Source: Picochlorum sp. SENEW3 (taxonomy: Eukaryota). From it: 64,000 bases of DNA. Under the pieces are notes generated by a model. That model ran no database searches. It was not told the origin of the DNA and saw nothing but the letters and a program-made list of their open reading frames with translations. The position numbers and the translations under genes are program-made. Shown piece after piece: positions 35,805 through 48,009 of the stretch. Location: positions 310,001-374,000 of the forward strand of contig CP120458.1 in assembly GCA_034226945.1 (NCBI GenBank). Direction: 5' to 3'. Position 1 is the first letter of the stretch; each line of letters begins with the position of its first letter.

Positions 35805-37398
35805 ATGGGCGAGACAAGTCGGGAAGAGTTGGTTGCGTTGGGAAGGAAAAAGGTACGGCATGTGGCTCACTGGAAAATGGATTGCTGCAAATTCATTACA
35901 TTTATCTATTATGCTCTAGTTGGAAGAATTCAGGCAGAGGAGGCGTGATGAAGAGAGGCAAAGCAAGGCTTTGTCGTTGCAACTGAAGGAAGAAGCACCA
36001 GGGCCACGGCATGAAGATACAGCAATCGTGACTAGCAGTGCCAGAGGGGAGTCTGAGGATGACAGTGAATCCGAGAAAATGGCAGCGAATGCAGACCAGG
36101 TTTCCCTGGCCTCAACGCAGTCTGAAAAGCAGGCTTTGGGAACAGACGTTCCTCAATGTAGTACAGTTGCAGGTAATCCCACGGTACCTAGGGAATCAAT
36201 GAGCGATCAGGAACATCCTGCTACAAATTATGACTTTGATGAACCTAGTTGGGGTGGGGTGGAAAGCCGAAGGGATTCAAACTTTGATGAAATTGACCAT
36301 GTTGAGGTGGCCAATCTTCAAAACAGCTCTGCTGCAACAGGACAAGATGAGAAAATTCAATTTGATGCTAGTGCTTTCTTGATTCCAAGAGATGATGCTC
36401 AAAGAGATCGCGATATGTGCACAGAGGAACTGGATGGAGCAAGCCCTGATGATATTTCCAAGGATGACGGGGAGGAGGAAGAGGGTGCTGACATCAAGAG
36501 CAGTGTGATCTTTGCGAAAAGGTGCGCGCGATATGTATTTGTATGATGCATTCACCTTCTTCTTAGTAGGGTCCTTGTGAATCTTGCCATATCACATTGA
36601 ATTCTGAATGTGTTCAGGAGGAAATTTGAAAGACTCCAAGAGCATATTGATGCTTTGACTTCAGAAAAGATGGATCTTTCGTTGTGTCTACAGCAACAAA
36701 CTAATATTGTTCGACGTCTAACAGAGGAGAATGAGCGAATGATTAAGAAGCTGAATGATGCTGCCAGCAAGGAGGAACACCTCCAGGAATTGGTGCTGAA
36801 TTTGGAGAAAGATAAAAAGGCCATCGAGACTCGTGCTTTGGTTGCTGAGAGAGAACTAGACATCAAAGAAAGGGAGAACAGGGGTCTTACTGCAAAGGTC
36901 AAGGTACTTGGGAGTGAACTTGTCAATTTGGAGGAAAATCTCTTCCACGTAAAAGAGAGGATGCAGTCAGAATCCATTCATGAAAAGGGCAGAGATGCAG
37001 AGGAGCATCACGTACGTACCTATCAAAAGGAGAATGACGAGCTACGGAGCGAAATCTGTGTGTTGCAAAATACCATCGGAAAGCTGCAACAAGCATTGAG
37101 AGAATCAGAAGTTCAGCGGGTTGCTGCACTTGAAGCTCAAGATGCTCAAAAGCAAGAGCTTGTTCAAACAAACAAAGAGAACCGATCATGCCCATTGACT
37201 AGGACACTTGCATTGAGATCTATATCAAATTTGAATTCATCAGCTGAAGGAAGAGCGCCTTCAAATGTGTTGCCCGTGGAGACCCAAGCACTGCTCCCCA
37301 ACAGAGCGTGTCTTCTGAAGAATGATCTCTTCCAGGAAGACATTGAATCGCTTGCAGAACGCGTATATTTTTTGTTAGATAGGTATCTGAGAGATTAG
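35805..37398 (+). CDS. BLISTER-like coiled-coil protein; exons 35805-35852, 35920-36521, 36618-37398
   Basis: N-terminal ALGRKK|LEEFR. FERLQEHIDALTSEKMDL matches the recalled BLISTER motif F..L.QHI.DLT.EK. Long coiled coil. Confidence 0.65.
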
Positions 37399-37671
37399 TT
37401 GCAAGAATGATTTCCCTTTTGTGAGGAATGTGTATCGCGTAGTGGTCAGGCTGACTGGGGTCTGAGCAAGATGGGGTCCAATGCGCTGCATGCACTATCA
37501 TCGGGGTGTCGACCATTTCGTGTCGAACCCGTCCCAGGCATGGTCATACTGACAAGGATGATCGAAAAGGAATATGAGTACATAGGGTGATGCTATGACA
37601 AGCGTAGATAGTTTATAAACTTGTTCACATTTTCATACTATTGGTGCAAAAACGGGAGAGAAGAGTTCAGC

Positions 37672-38122
37672 ATGGCAGCAATCACTTGGAGAGTGTTCTT
37701 GCTCTCCTTAGTCATGTTGGTATCAAGCCTTTACACTGGTATTGCACGTGCTCAGCACACTACAGGTGCGTTTCAATGCGTCTCGGTCTCTTGTGAAGGT
37801 TTAGTATGACTTTATGATGCAATGATGATCAAGATGTAGGGGCTGGATAGGGATCCCCTTCCTTCCCCTTAGCATATGCATTCTGAATGAAATATGATAG
37901 GTACATATTTAATGTTGGTGATTATTCGATTCTTCAGGTAGCTCAAATGCAATAAAAGAGGCGCTTGCCGATAGCATTCGGTTAAGAGCAGAAGCAAAGA
38001 AGGCGAGCACCCTTGCCAAGCATGGAGGGAATGTTGGACCACAGGTTACTCCTCAGCCAGCAAAGACCAAGAACTTTGCATTTACAAAGATCGATGTAAA
38101 CACAGATCCTGCAAATCAGTGA
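37672..38122 (+). CDS. Small secreted protein (about 92 aa), not in the ORF track; exons 37672-37765 and 37938-38122
   Basis: Signal peptide MAAITWRVFLLSLVMLVSSLYTGIARA. In-frame phase-1 intron. Exon 2 is similar to a segment of the adjacent 38871 gene. Confidence 0.75.
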
Positions 38123-38870
38123 TCAGCGAGTAAGTCCCGAGAACAAGCCATTTGTGCATCTCTCTCGGTCAAGATGTGTGTCCCTTGCAGCCAGCAAGAG
38201 AAAAGTTTGACGTAGTTTGATCCAGGAGGGGAATGTTGGCAATCAATAGTAGTTGAACGTACACACGGTGCTAATAGATATTGATATGTGAAGGGTAGCG
38301 AGTGCATTGTAGGCTATCATGTTGTGGCATGTCTTGCTCATTTTGATTGATTTGATTCAACTTTGGCCAGTCTCCCTGGTGGCAGTGTAATGAAATTTCA
38401 TTTGACATCCGATAATTGCCCTTTGGTGAGAATCTCGTGATGAGACATAGTGCATTTCTTAATCCTGGGATCCTGAATCAGGACCCCTCAGTCAAACTGA
38501 CTGCAGATCAGTACTGGTCAATTTGCTCGCGTGTGTGACTTCCGCAAGGTCGGACCTCCGAGGGTTGACCAGGCGAGCCAACCCCGATAATAGGCCAATT
38601 TTTTCGAATTCGATGGATCCAAAAATGCAAACAATTTTGAATGACACATATTATATCGTAGTTGGGTCAATTAGTTATTGTGGGGTCACTGAGTCTGTTT
38701 GTGCGAGAAAGTTAGACACTGCTGGAACTGGGACATTCTGGGGCATACGAACAGCTTTACCGGCACAGATATTTTGATCAATATGCTCGATAAACCAGCA
38801 GTCTACTGTATTTATAGCACGATTAATGATATGAATATCATTTTAGAAGGAGTGGGAACAAATTATTAGC

Positions 38871-39921
38871 ATGGGTGGCCTTTCTTCACCCATCAGAACT
38901 TTGGTTTTCACTGTGTGGCTGCTCATGGTAGGACTTTGGGCAGCAGAGGCCTTGGTTGCTCCTCGTCAGGAAAGTTTAGTTGAACCGGCAACAAATGAGC
39001 TCCAAGAACAGACCCAGGTACGAAGGCCAAATGATAGGAGACTTAGAGAACGAATAATAGCTGATGCTGTGGCTAATGCTGTGGCTGATGTTATCAGGAC
39101 AAAAGCAGAAGCTAAAGCAACTTCAGCTGTACAGCAGACACAGGTGACCCCATCATCTCCAACAAACACAAAAGAATTTGCATACACTAATATACGATTT
39201 AAATCCTTTGTTAATGAGGATACATCCAGACAAGATGACTCTTTTCTTCAATCTTTACAGGAATCTGCCATGCATGATGCTCATGAGCAGGAGCAAAAAG
39301 AGGCAACCAAGGCAGACACACCAGAAGATACTGCCGATGCCGATCTGGAATCTCAACTAAACTTAAAACTCGCGCAGGTGCAGAAGGAAATGAACGAGTT
39401 AGAGGAATTGAAGAAAGAACTAGCTGCCAGGAAAGCCAAGGAGGCCTCTTCGACAAACCAGAGGAGGCTCCTATCATCCAACTTGAAGTGGCAAGACAGA
39501 TTCCAAGACACTGGTATTCGTGGATGGGATCCTATGAAGCTTGTCAACAAGGTATGTACACAACGGGATGCGCCGCTCCTTGATTCCCTCGAAGTCTTCA
39601 ATTATGTACTATTATTATTACTTGCAGAAGAGCGACATGCTTCAAGATGACATTTCTCTTCTCCAGAAAAGGTTTGGTGATAAAGCTGCCAGCGTCAATG
39701 ATCGCCTCATAGACCTCCTCAATTTCGGTACGGAGACACTGGCAGATGTTGTTGCTTCCCAAGGTGACAGGCAGATTGTCAGGAGTGATGCCATGCGAAC
39801 ATTCCTTGATGCAGCCAGGGATGTCCATCTGGGCAATCTAGGCAAATTCCAGAACATGCTCGAATCTGTCATGGACAATCGCGAGAACAAGTATGAGAAG
39901 ATACTGGATCGCATCTTCTAG
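38871..39921 (+). CDS. Secreted coiled-coil protein of unknown function; exons 38871-39551 and 39628-39921
   Basis: Signal peptide (LVFTVWLLMVGLWAAEA), RRLL motif, phase-0 GTATGT..TGCAG intron. Confidence 0.75.
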
Positions 39922-40084
39922 AAAGGCACCCATTCGCGCAGGCATGTGCATTCGATCGCCGGGATTCCTGAGGGCCCTTGCCAATGGCAGGAATGGAACA
40001 ATAAACATTTTGCACACATGTATAACACACAGATATTGTCAATTTTACACTGTTTGTAATCTTTGTTACTCAAGAGAGAGCAAT

Positions 40085-41047
40085 ATGAGCCTTAAAGTAG
40101 CAACATTGCAAAAGCACAGGCACACTGCTGGAGGGTGTTCGAGTGCATCCACATTGTGTGGCAGAGGAATACATAGATTTGGAGCAACTATTCCTCTTCT
40201 CAAACCTATTGCTGCTTCTATGATTAAAGAAGCGGCAACTGGCGTTGAGTTTCCTCTGGTTGAGAAACTATGGTACGTTTTCAGTCTGAGAGAGATGTTT
40301 CTGCGTTATCTAGACCGATGCAACACGTATGCTGATTGCTCACGGATTGATCGACAGAGTGCTATATACTTTTAGGGTTGGTGATGAGATGAGATGTATG
40401 GGAGCGAGCAACAGAGTGAAGAAAATTGCTTTTGTTGGTGTGAAACTGTATGCTATTGCCTTGTCTGTTGAGGCACAACTGGCGGCGAAAGAGCTGGGCG
40501 TGAGAGACAGAGGGAATTTCTTTGAAACTGATGATGATTATTGTTGTGCTCTGGTGGACGGGGCATTGATCAAATCATTGGAATTAGTGCTGGTCAGGAA
40601 CATTCAAGGGAAGCAATTCATAGATGCTATAGATGATTCCTTGCGACCTCGTTTGGCGCTCTCTGGCGATCTAGGGTCGTTGGAAAAGCTTCAGAACTTT
40701 TTTGTCAACCTGAGTCTTTCAAAGGGAACTGTCATCAAGATGGCTTTCAGTCAAGACTCAAAGGTGGATATTTGTGTGAGGGAGAGTCGTCCCCCAACAT
40801 TTGAGAATGTACGACACCTTATTCTAGTATAATTTGGTTCCTAGGACTCTAATTTGTGTCACTTGCGTTGTAGGAAATACCTGATCTCTGCATTGAGTCT
40901 CCATCTCTATCAAGAGCACTTTTGGAGTTGTATTTGGGTTCAGAGAGCATCATTCCAAAAGCCAAGAAAGAATGGGCAGATGGTGCCAAATCTTTGTTGG
41001 AGAGCGAAAAGATTAGGAGAGATACACGCCCGGGAGGATCTGGATAG
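40085..41047 (+). CDS. Chalcone-isomerase-fold / fatty-acid-binding protein (FAP-like); exons 40085-40272, 40376-40808, 40874-41047
   Basis: EAATGVEFP, GASNRVKKIAFVGVKLYA, L.LVRNI, LSRALLELYLG..SI.P. Both introns are in frame. Confidence 0.85.
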
Positions 41048-41497
41048 TCTCTTGGTGCATGGTTGCAACCGGGTGGTGGAGTGGAGATACACAGTAGTCA
41101 CCCATGCATGCAGTACGTACTGCAAGCGTGTACGCTTAAGAATGAGACGGTATGATCTTAAAAAGGATTTTTTAGTATTCTCGAACTGGCGAGTTCGTGC
41201 ATCCCATGTACACCCACCTGCAATTCCGTTGTCTTGTTGAGCCTGTCGCCCATCTACGTTGACCGGACAGTATACCCAAAGGAAGGGCGCCTGCCTCGAC
41301 AAGCGGGTTCCGCACAGTGGGTGTGTCCCAAATATGGTCGTTAGAACAAGATTGAATCTCCTATACAGATATGTTGCTAGGACTGTGAGACAAGTCATTA
41401 CAAAATTTCATTGAATTTGTAAGACTCCCGCCCCATTCTGTTGATATATCATAGATCCACAAACACTAGGTGAAGTAACCAAGCATATTAAACAAGG

Positions 41498-42378
41498 ATG
41501 ATTCGTACCACTATTGGTCTTCTGGCGATTATTGCAGCTGCCAAGGCTGGATCTGTTGACCAGACAGGTATGTGTTGAATGAGTTTCAATCGATGAGGTG
41601 TTGCTTTAGTTTGCCTGGGGAGTTTGTTTCCTAGGCAAGAAACCAACCACCTGGTGCACCTTGACATATCCTACATCATTCTCCAAAACTCCGCAATCAT
41701 GTGTGTTGGCCGTTGTCGTATGCAGGAATCAATGAAGTTGTTGAGAATATCGGTTCTCAGTTGGCCTCTGTCTTCAACTCTGGAAATGGACGCCGTCTCA
41801 ACAAGGCTGATGGGGCATTGATTGCAGATGCCAAAGGATTCCTGGCAGACGCTTTCAACCTGATCAAGGACGTGACCACGAAAGCTGGTGACAAAATGAG
41901 GTACACATTCGATGAGATCAAATCAAGCGACAGAATTCTGGCAGACATCATGGGGGACTATCTTCCTCACGATTACAAGGATATTTTTGATGGCAGTGTC
42001 ATTGAAAAGCTGCAGGCAGCTGGGAGCCTTGACGAGGCCTACGAAGTCCTCGAAGAAGCTTCTACAGACTATTGTACTGGACCAGAATATGAAGAATCTG
42101 TGAAAGAGCCAACTACGTGCGAAGGCCCCAAGGTTGAGCTGTCGTTCAAGCCAAAAACCTGCACCATTGATTCAAAGACCCACACCATCGACTGTGTTCC
42201 AGCTAAGCTAGTCCTTTCCAAGACTCCAGGGTCATGTACATTCAAACATCATACTCCATACAAATGGACAGGAAAAGAGTGCAAGATTGAGAAGACTTTC
42301 GGGAAAGAGGATGTCGTAACCAAGGGAGGAGATGAGTACTGGCTCTATCTGGACAAGGATGGTGTTGCCAAGCAGTAA
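41498..42378 (+). CDS. Secreted protein with a Cys/Thr/Lys-rich C-terminal domain; exons 41498-41567 and 41726-42378
   Basis: Signal peptide MIRTTIGLLAIIAAAKA, in-frame phase-1 intron, GRRLN motif, six Cys in the C-terminal ~100 aa. Confidence 0.75.
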
Positions 42379-42563
42379 GCCTATTTCATTCTCTGTCCTT
42401 TGCTCTTAGTACCTTATTTCATTCAGAATAGATGGACCTACTATTTTGATTCTGTAGTCGATTGTTGTAACAAAAGTTTCTTAACCTTAGAAATGGAACA
42501 GGTGATATTAACTAGTAAGAACTACTTTACATGCGATTTTATATGATTGCTGACAACGATGTT

Positions 42564-44554
42564 TCATTTGACCGACTTTGTTGTGTCACAGATTCTATCC
42601 TTTCGTTGTCTCTCCATCGCCAGAACCTGCTGCCAACGTTCTGGCGTCAGCTCAGTTTCCCCATAAGCTGTGCAAAGTAATCTTGCAATCTGCGCCAATA
42701 AAATTCATGAAAGTAAGATACATTGGTAGAGAATGCATGTATTCCAAAATAAACGCACATTGAGCCAGCAATGGAAAGATCCTTCATCGACATTTCCAGA
42801 GCCTTTCTTCCTCGACTCAGCAGTCATATCTCTGAGCAAGACCTCTTCTAGTTCCTTGGGAATCGAGAATTCTGAAATTCTTGCGGAGACTAGGTAATCT
42901 CTTACCAGCGATATGTCTCTAATTGGTAGCCTAGAGCAGTCTGCCATGTTTGTTTTGGCACTTTTAGAAAGAGGAAGCTGAATTTCCCCAACACCTTTCA
43001 AAACAGTCCTTCCCTGGGACAAAATCACGGTAGGATAATCCGTCGCCTGATCAATCTGATAAAATTGGAAATCATAAGGTAACTTTTGCGATTGCATGAT
43101 GGCTTGAAGAGCAGACAGGTTCTTGAGGCCAATTTCTGATAATTCACCAGGTGTCATTGCAGTCTCATCCAACAGTAGAATGCAACCATTGGGCAGCTGT
43201 AGCATAGCATCTGACAAAAACAATTGATCCGCAAGCCGAGTTGGGTACCAAAGACTTCTATTCAGTTCAGTACAGGATAGTTCTAGGTTCATGACACATG
43301 GCATCAGGTCAGAGAGAATTGATCTGACCGCAGCACAGGACTGTTTGTCACATACTCCGGTGATATTCAAAGATATGATTCCCAAAGCACTTTGATTAGT
43401 TTCCCTTGGCCTCGAATGCACACGAGAAATAAGCTGTAAAAGCAAGTATTCTGCAGCAAGATCATCGCCACCAAGCACTTCTGTGAGGCTATGCTTCAGC
43501 ATTTCTCTTACCTGGCCCACGATGCTCTTATCAAAACGACACGTGTCGCCCGGGACAGGTGAACTGAGCTTCTTGACCACTATACCATGCAACCTCGGAG
43601 CAATTGACGTTGGAATCTGTGATGCATTCGCATCTTGATCTAAATCCATCGTATTGCTTTCCTGTGCCATTCCTGGGACCCTTGAAAGGATCCCATAAAC
43701 TTCAATAATGTCATTCAATTTGACATTTTTCTCGCCATAGATATGAACGACACAAGTGCCTTGAGGTATTTGTTTCAATTGGATCTCCAACGGGCTCGAT
43801 GCTCTCATTTCCCTGGATTGACCAGGGGTTGGAGTTCGTTTCTGTGGCATAGCAGTGTGAGGCTCTTCACTTGCGGCGTCAGATATAAGCTTCATTTCAT
43901 CTCCATCACAGCAAGATAAAGATCTCTTGTGTCTCAGATGCGTTTCTCTGGAGAAAGTCTGCTGCGCAGATGATGATGCTAGATCATCATGAAGCTTTGT
44001 GACCCATTCACTGCGACCACGAACTGGAATCACAAGAATAGGTTGTCGCTCGTCGAATTTCTTCTCGCCATGTTCAGATATTGTTTGCGTATCCACGATA
44101 TCCCCATATCGCGTTGATTGCCAGTGCCCGTTGAGGTCCTGAAACTCCGAAACAAAATACTCTGGATTCAACATGTCTTTCACCATACCAATGTACCTCA
44201 CAAGTGTGTTGTTTGGTATCGAGTCCATGGAGTTTGCGGTCAAAAAAGGGACCTGCATTTACGGCAGAATTCATTTCAGATGAATGAAATAATTTCGTTT
44301 GTACTATTCCCAGGCAGTCACTGAGTGGATCGAAGTATGTGTTCAACAAGAACACACCCAAGGACAGGCCGAGACGTCTGATCCCTTCAAACAAGAAACT
44401 CATCACGTGAGGTTCGTACCATTCCTGAAGATGTTTGAGAGATAATTTCCGCAAAGTATTCCTCAACGCCGTTGTCAGGGGGGTGATTCTGCTTTGCCCG
44501 CTGCTCATACAGGTTCTTAATCACAGCCAAAGGTGTCCTTATTGCGGCTTCCAT
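42564..44554 (-). CDS. MCMBP: MCM-binding protein (MCMBP/ETG1); exons 44554-44420, 44252-42759, 42689-42564
   Basis: LVRY.GMV.DM.NPEYF, LGGD.LAAEYLLL.L.SRV, LLDET.M..G.L...G..N, YDFQFY, ARLL...YGE. Confidence 0.9.
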
Positions 44555-44725
44555 GACCAGAGTGGCATTCACGACAAACAGCCCTTAAATTATCACAATA
44601 ATCCAATCAATCAGATATTACACAATAGATGGGATCTTGGACATCGTACCCATTTAAATTTAAACTTTCCGCAGTACCATCGTCCGGGAGGATCCAGGTA
44701 CTGTGAATTTCAAAATTTTACTGTA

Positions 44726-46534
44726 TTAGTACCCATCATAGGACACATGAATGTGATGAAACGGAAGGCTGGCTCGTAATATGCAACAAGTTATCTCATG
44801 AGGCGCTTGCGAGAAAGCACTTGAAAATCCAAATATCGAGATTGTCCTTGTTGATTGGCAAACCTTTATCCTGCCACCTCCCAATACCTCTAGTTCAGAA
44901 TTTTGTAGCTGACGCATCTCATTCTTGGCCACCGTGAGAATGTGATTGTGATATGCTGCTCGAGGATCACCACGAACAATAAGCTTGCTAATCTTCCTGT
45001 CAGAATTTTCAGGCGAGAATGACACGCGTAACAAAATGTACTTCATCTTGGTGTCAGCTTCGAAAGGAATGTTGTGTGGAGGGATATCTGATTCCAAGTT
45101 TGGCTGGCCCAACACTTTTTGGATGCATTCACGAATGAGCCTGTTCGCTAATGCGTGCTTGCCAGGAATGTGGAAACCATATATATCCAAACCCTGCTTG
45201 CTATGTGTACTCAGTTTGTTATGCAGAAAGGAAACATGAAACCACCTTGCATCTTCTAGCTCATCTTGATCACAATTTATTGCTGGTAGGGATAGTCCAG
45301 ATCGAAAAGCATCAACCTCTTCCTCTGAGACACCAACATGCTTTGCTGCTACTTGGCCCTCGTTGCTCAATAAATGAAAGCCCGATGGCGCTACTGAAAT
45401 ATTCCTCGTCTGAGCAGTGAAACCAACCATGAGAGACTGGGGAAAAGGCCATGGTTGGCTACTATGATACTCGATTGAATTTGGATCGAGAGTGACATCA
45501 GATTCTTCTTTAATTTCTCTCAGACACGCAGTTTCCAGGGTTTCTCCTACTTCTACAAAACCTGCAAGCAGGGAGTACCTTCCAAATTTCCACGATGCTT
45601 TCCTTCCCAGAAGAAACCAATCACCATGCATAGCCCCAACAATCACAGCAGGATCTATCCTGGGATACAAAGACCTTGAGGCATTTCTCTTGCCTTTTAT
45701 CCTTCTTCCATGTCCACTAAGAATAATTTCACTTGCCCGATCACCTGTCTTTGAGCAAAATTGAGTATTTGAATGCCAGGTAAAAAGTCCACTGGACAAT
45801 GCCAGAATCGAGGCATCCTCTGCACACATCTTTGGGCCTTTCTTCCTAACATCAATCCGGAATGCGTGACGAAATCCTGCCGGTACATCCTTGGTATTAT
45901 AGGCAAAAACAGCAGTCTTATCCTTCATGTCAATCCCTAGAAATATGCAGTCTGGATCCTCATCGTGCACAGAAACATCTTTAGGAGTCGCTACTGCTGG
46001 GATATACAAGGCCGTGTTGCCCTCTGCGTCTACAGGCCTCTCGGAACTACAAAATGAACCCAACTTACCATCTTCATAAGGTACGACCACGGCACATCCA
46101 TCCAGGAACAGGACAATCTTTGTATCAGGCTGCTGCAACAAGTCAGAGATGGCTGATCCATCCCCCCTCAATGCACCAGCTCTGTCTAGAGGAAGCGAGG
46201 AGAAGTGACAAGGTTGCACAACCTCGTGGCCATCTTTGACCGACTTTAAAGAGCTCAAGCCTCCCTCTCCACCTCGACGCCCGCCAAACCCGAGATCCCT
46301 GCCATCGCAATTCCCCAGAGGAGCATGGGGCTTGCACCTTGGCAACTGTCCCCTCAGTCCAGGAAGATCAGGCAATCCTGGGATCGAATGGGATACAAGC
46401 GACGAACACCGATGCTTTCCTTTCCACAAAAATGCGCTAGAGCCGACACGTTGCGACGCGAACAGCCATCGTGTCTGCCGGAAGTGTTTTGCACCTGTGT
46501 CCACCCCACCACGAATAACTCTGAGCAATCGCAT
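44726..46534 (-). CDS. NADH pyrophosphatase (NudC/NUDX19-like) fused to a C-terminal Janus/Ocnus (PHPT1-like) domain
   Basis: YPRIDPAVI, Nudix box GFVEVGETLETACLREIKEE, SQPWPFPQS. C-terminus KYIL, IVRG...YH..I, GGGRI, FGFS.AF..A.HE, ending in GY. Confidence 0.88.
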   Translation of the reverse strand: MRLLRVIRGGVDTGAKHFRQTRWLFASQRVGSSAFLWKGKHRCSSLVSHSIPGLPDLPGLRGQLPRCKPHAPLGNCDGRDLGFGGRRGGEGGLSSLKSVKDGHEVVQPCHFSSLPLDRAGALRGDGSAISDLLQQPDTKIVLFLDGCAVVVPYEDGKLGSFCSSERPVDAEGNTALYIPAVATPKDVSVHDEDPDCIFLGIDMKDKTAVFAYNTKDVPAGFRHAFRIDVRKKGPKMCAEDASILALSSGLFTWHSNTQFCSKTGDRASEIILSGHGRRIKGKRNASRSLYPRIDPAVIVGAMHGDWFLLGRKASWKFGRYSLLAGFVEVGETLETACLREIKEESDVTLDPNSIEYHSSQPWPFPQSLMVGFTAQTRNISVAPSGFHLLSNEGQVAAKHVGVSEEEVDAFRSGLSLPAINCDQDELEDARWFHVSFLHNKLSTHSKQGLDIYGFHIPGKHALANRLIRECIQKVLGQPNLESDIPPHNIPFEADTKMKYILLRVSFSPENSDRKISKLIVRGDPRAAYHNHILTVAKNEMRQLQNSELEVLGGGRIKVCQSTRTISIFGFSSAFSQAPHEITCCILRASLPFHHIHVSYDGY

Positions 46535-46929
46535 GGAAGACGTGTTTTAGGCCCTAATACAACGGATGTAGTAGATTCAATGAGATCACTGTGGTGATAA
46601 ATGAAAATGAGGAACCCATGCACACGTGTTTCACCAAGGCCAGGTGCTTCTTCTGGCAGTGTTTCCAACTTTTTCCTGGGATATCGTCTAATAATTGGCA
46701 GGCAATCCCAATGTCTACATCCATTATTGAATCATTACAAGTATTCTGACCAGCATTGTACGATGGGGTTTCATATGCAATCAGATCGACCAAAAGGCGG
46801 ATCGATCGGCCCCTCAAGGTGCCCACGTGGTATTCCATAGGACACATCAGAACAACTGATCCATCTTCCTGGGGTCGCCATTGACCACAGTTGTATGAAA
46901 AATCATTCATTGTAATAATTTCCATCAGG

Positions 46930-47871
46930 ATGGATAAAGATAGTCCAATCTTTGTTGCGGGTGCAAGGGGCCTTGTAGGAAGTGCCATTGTCCGTCGACT
47001 GCAGTCTTCTGGATACAAGAATGTCTATTCTCCCAGTAGACAGGAACTAGATTTATCAGATGCAGATCAGGTTCGGAAGTATTTTGAAAGGGTAAAACCA
47101 GAATATGTGTTCATTGCAGCCGCGAAAGTGGGCGGGATTCTGGCTAATAACACTCAGCCAGTCGAGTTTCTCCTCGAGAATTTGAAGATTCAGAATACGC
47201 TGATCCCTGTATCATACGAACTTGGGGTTAGAAAGTTGCTATTTCTGGGTTCGACGTGTATCTACCCCAAATTCTGTGAGCAGCCGATCAAAGAAAGTGC
47301 ACTTTTGAGTGGTCCCCTGGAGCCAACAAATGAGGCCTACGCCATTGCAAAGATTGCGGGCATCAAGCTTTGCCAGGCGTATAAAAAGGAATATGGCTTT
47401 AATGCAATTTGTGCCCAGCCTACGAATTTGTACGGACCAAATGATAATTTCAGTTCTACAGGGTCACATGTCATACCAGGGCTCATGAGGCGCATCATTG
47501 AGGCAAAGGAAGAGAAATTGGAGAAGATCACATGCTGGGGGACAGGCACACCCACCAGGGAATTCTTATACGTCGATGACCTGGCAGATGCGTGTATTTT
47601 TTTGATGGAGTCATATGATGGCATCGACATTGTGAATGTGGGAACTGGGGATGAAATTTCCATCGCTGATCTCACCAGACTCATTTGTGAAAAAGTTGGG
47701 TGGGAAGGAGACATAGAATGGGATACCTCAAAGCCTGACGGTACTCCCAGAAAGGTGTGTGATATCTCCAAGTTGAAGAGTCTCGGTTGGAGTCCCAAGG
47801 TGAACCTGGCAAAGGGGATTGAGTTGACATTATCCTGGTTCAAAGATCACCAGGATTCTATTCGCACTTGA
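46930..47871 (+). CDS. GER1: GDP-L-fucose synthase (GER1/Fcl), intronless
   Basis: GARGLVGSA, AAAKVGGI, LGSTCIYP, YAIAK, SHVIP, WGTG.P.REFL, KPDG.PRK. Confidence 0.95.
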   Translation: MDKDSPIFVAGARGLVGSAIVRRLQSSGYKNVYSPSRQELDLSDADQVRKYFERVKPEYVFIAAAKVGGILANNTQPVEFLLENLKIQNTLIPVSYELGVRKLLFLGSTCIYPKFCEQPIKESALLSGPLEPTNEAYAIAKIAGIKLCQAYKKEYGFNAICAQPTNLYGPNDNFSSTGSHVIPGLMRRIIEAKEEKLEKITCWGTGTPTREFLYVDDLADACIFLMESYDGIDIVNVGTGDEISIADLTRLICEKVGWEGDIEWDTSKPDGTPRKVCDISKLKSLGWSPKVNLAKGIELTLSWFKDHQDSIRT

Positions 47872-48009
47872 ATATACAGTAGCGCTTGCTTTTCACCAAT
47901 ATTCCATTCTGGTATAGTTAGTTTGTTCATATGATGACACCTACATATGTATATACATGTACCCATTATGCCAAGGAAGACTTTGTAGCAATTGACATGA
48001 TTCCTCTCA

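Noticed and set aside
46930..47871. Intronless GDP-fucose synthase as a bacterial HGT or part of a glycan cluster with ALG14 and SQD1
   Set aside because: Many genes here lack introns and the enzyme is conserved in plants. The sugar genes are separated by unrelated genes and belong to different pathways.
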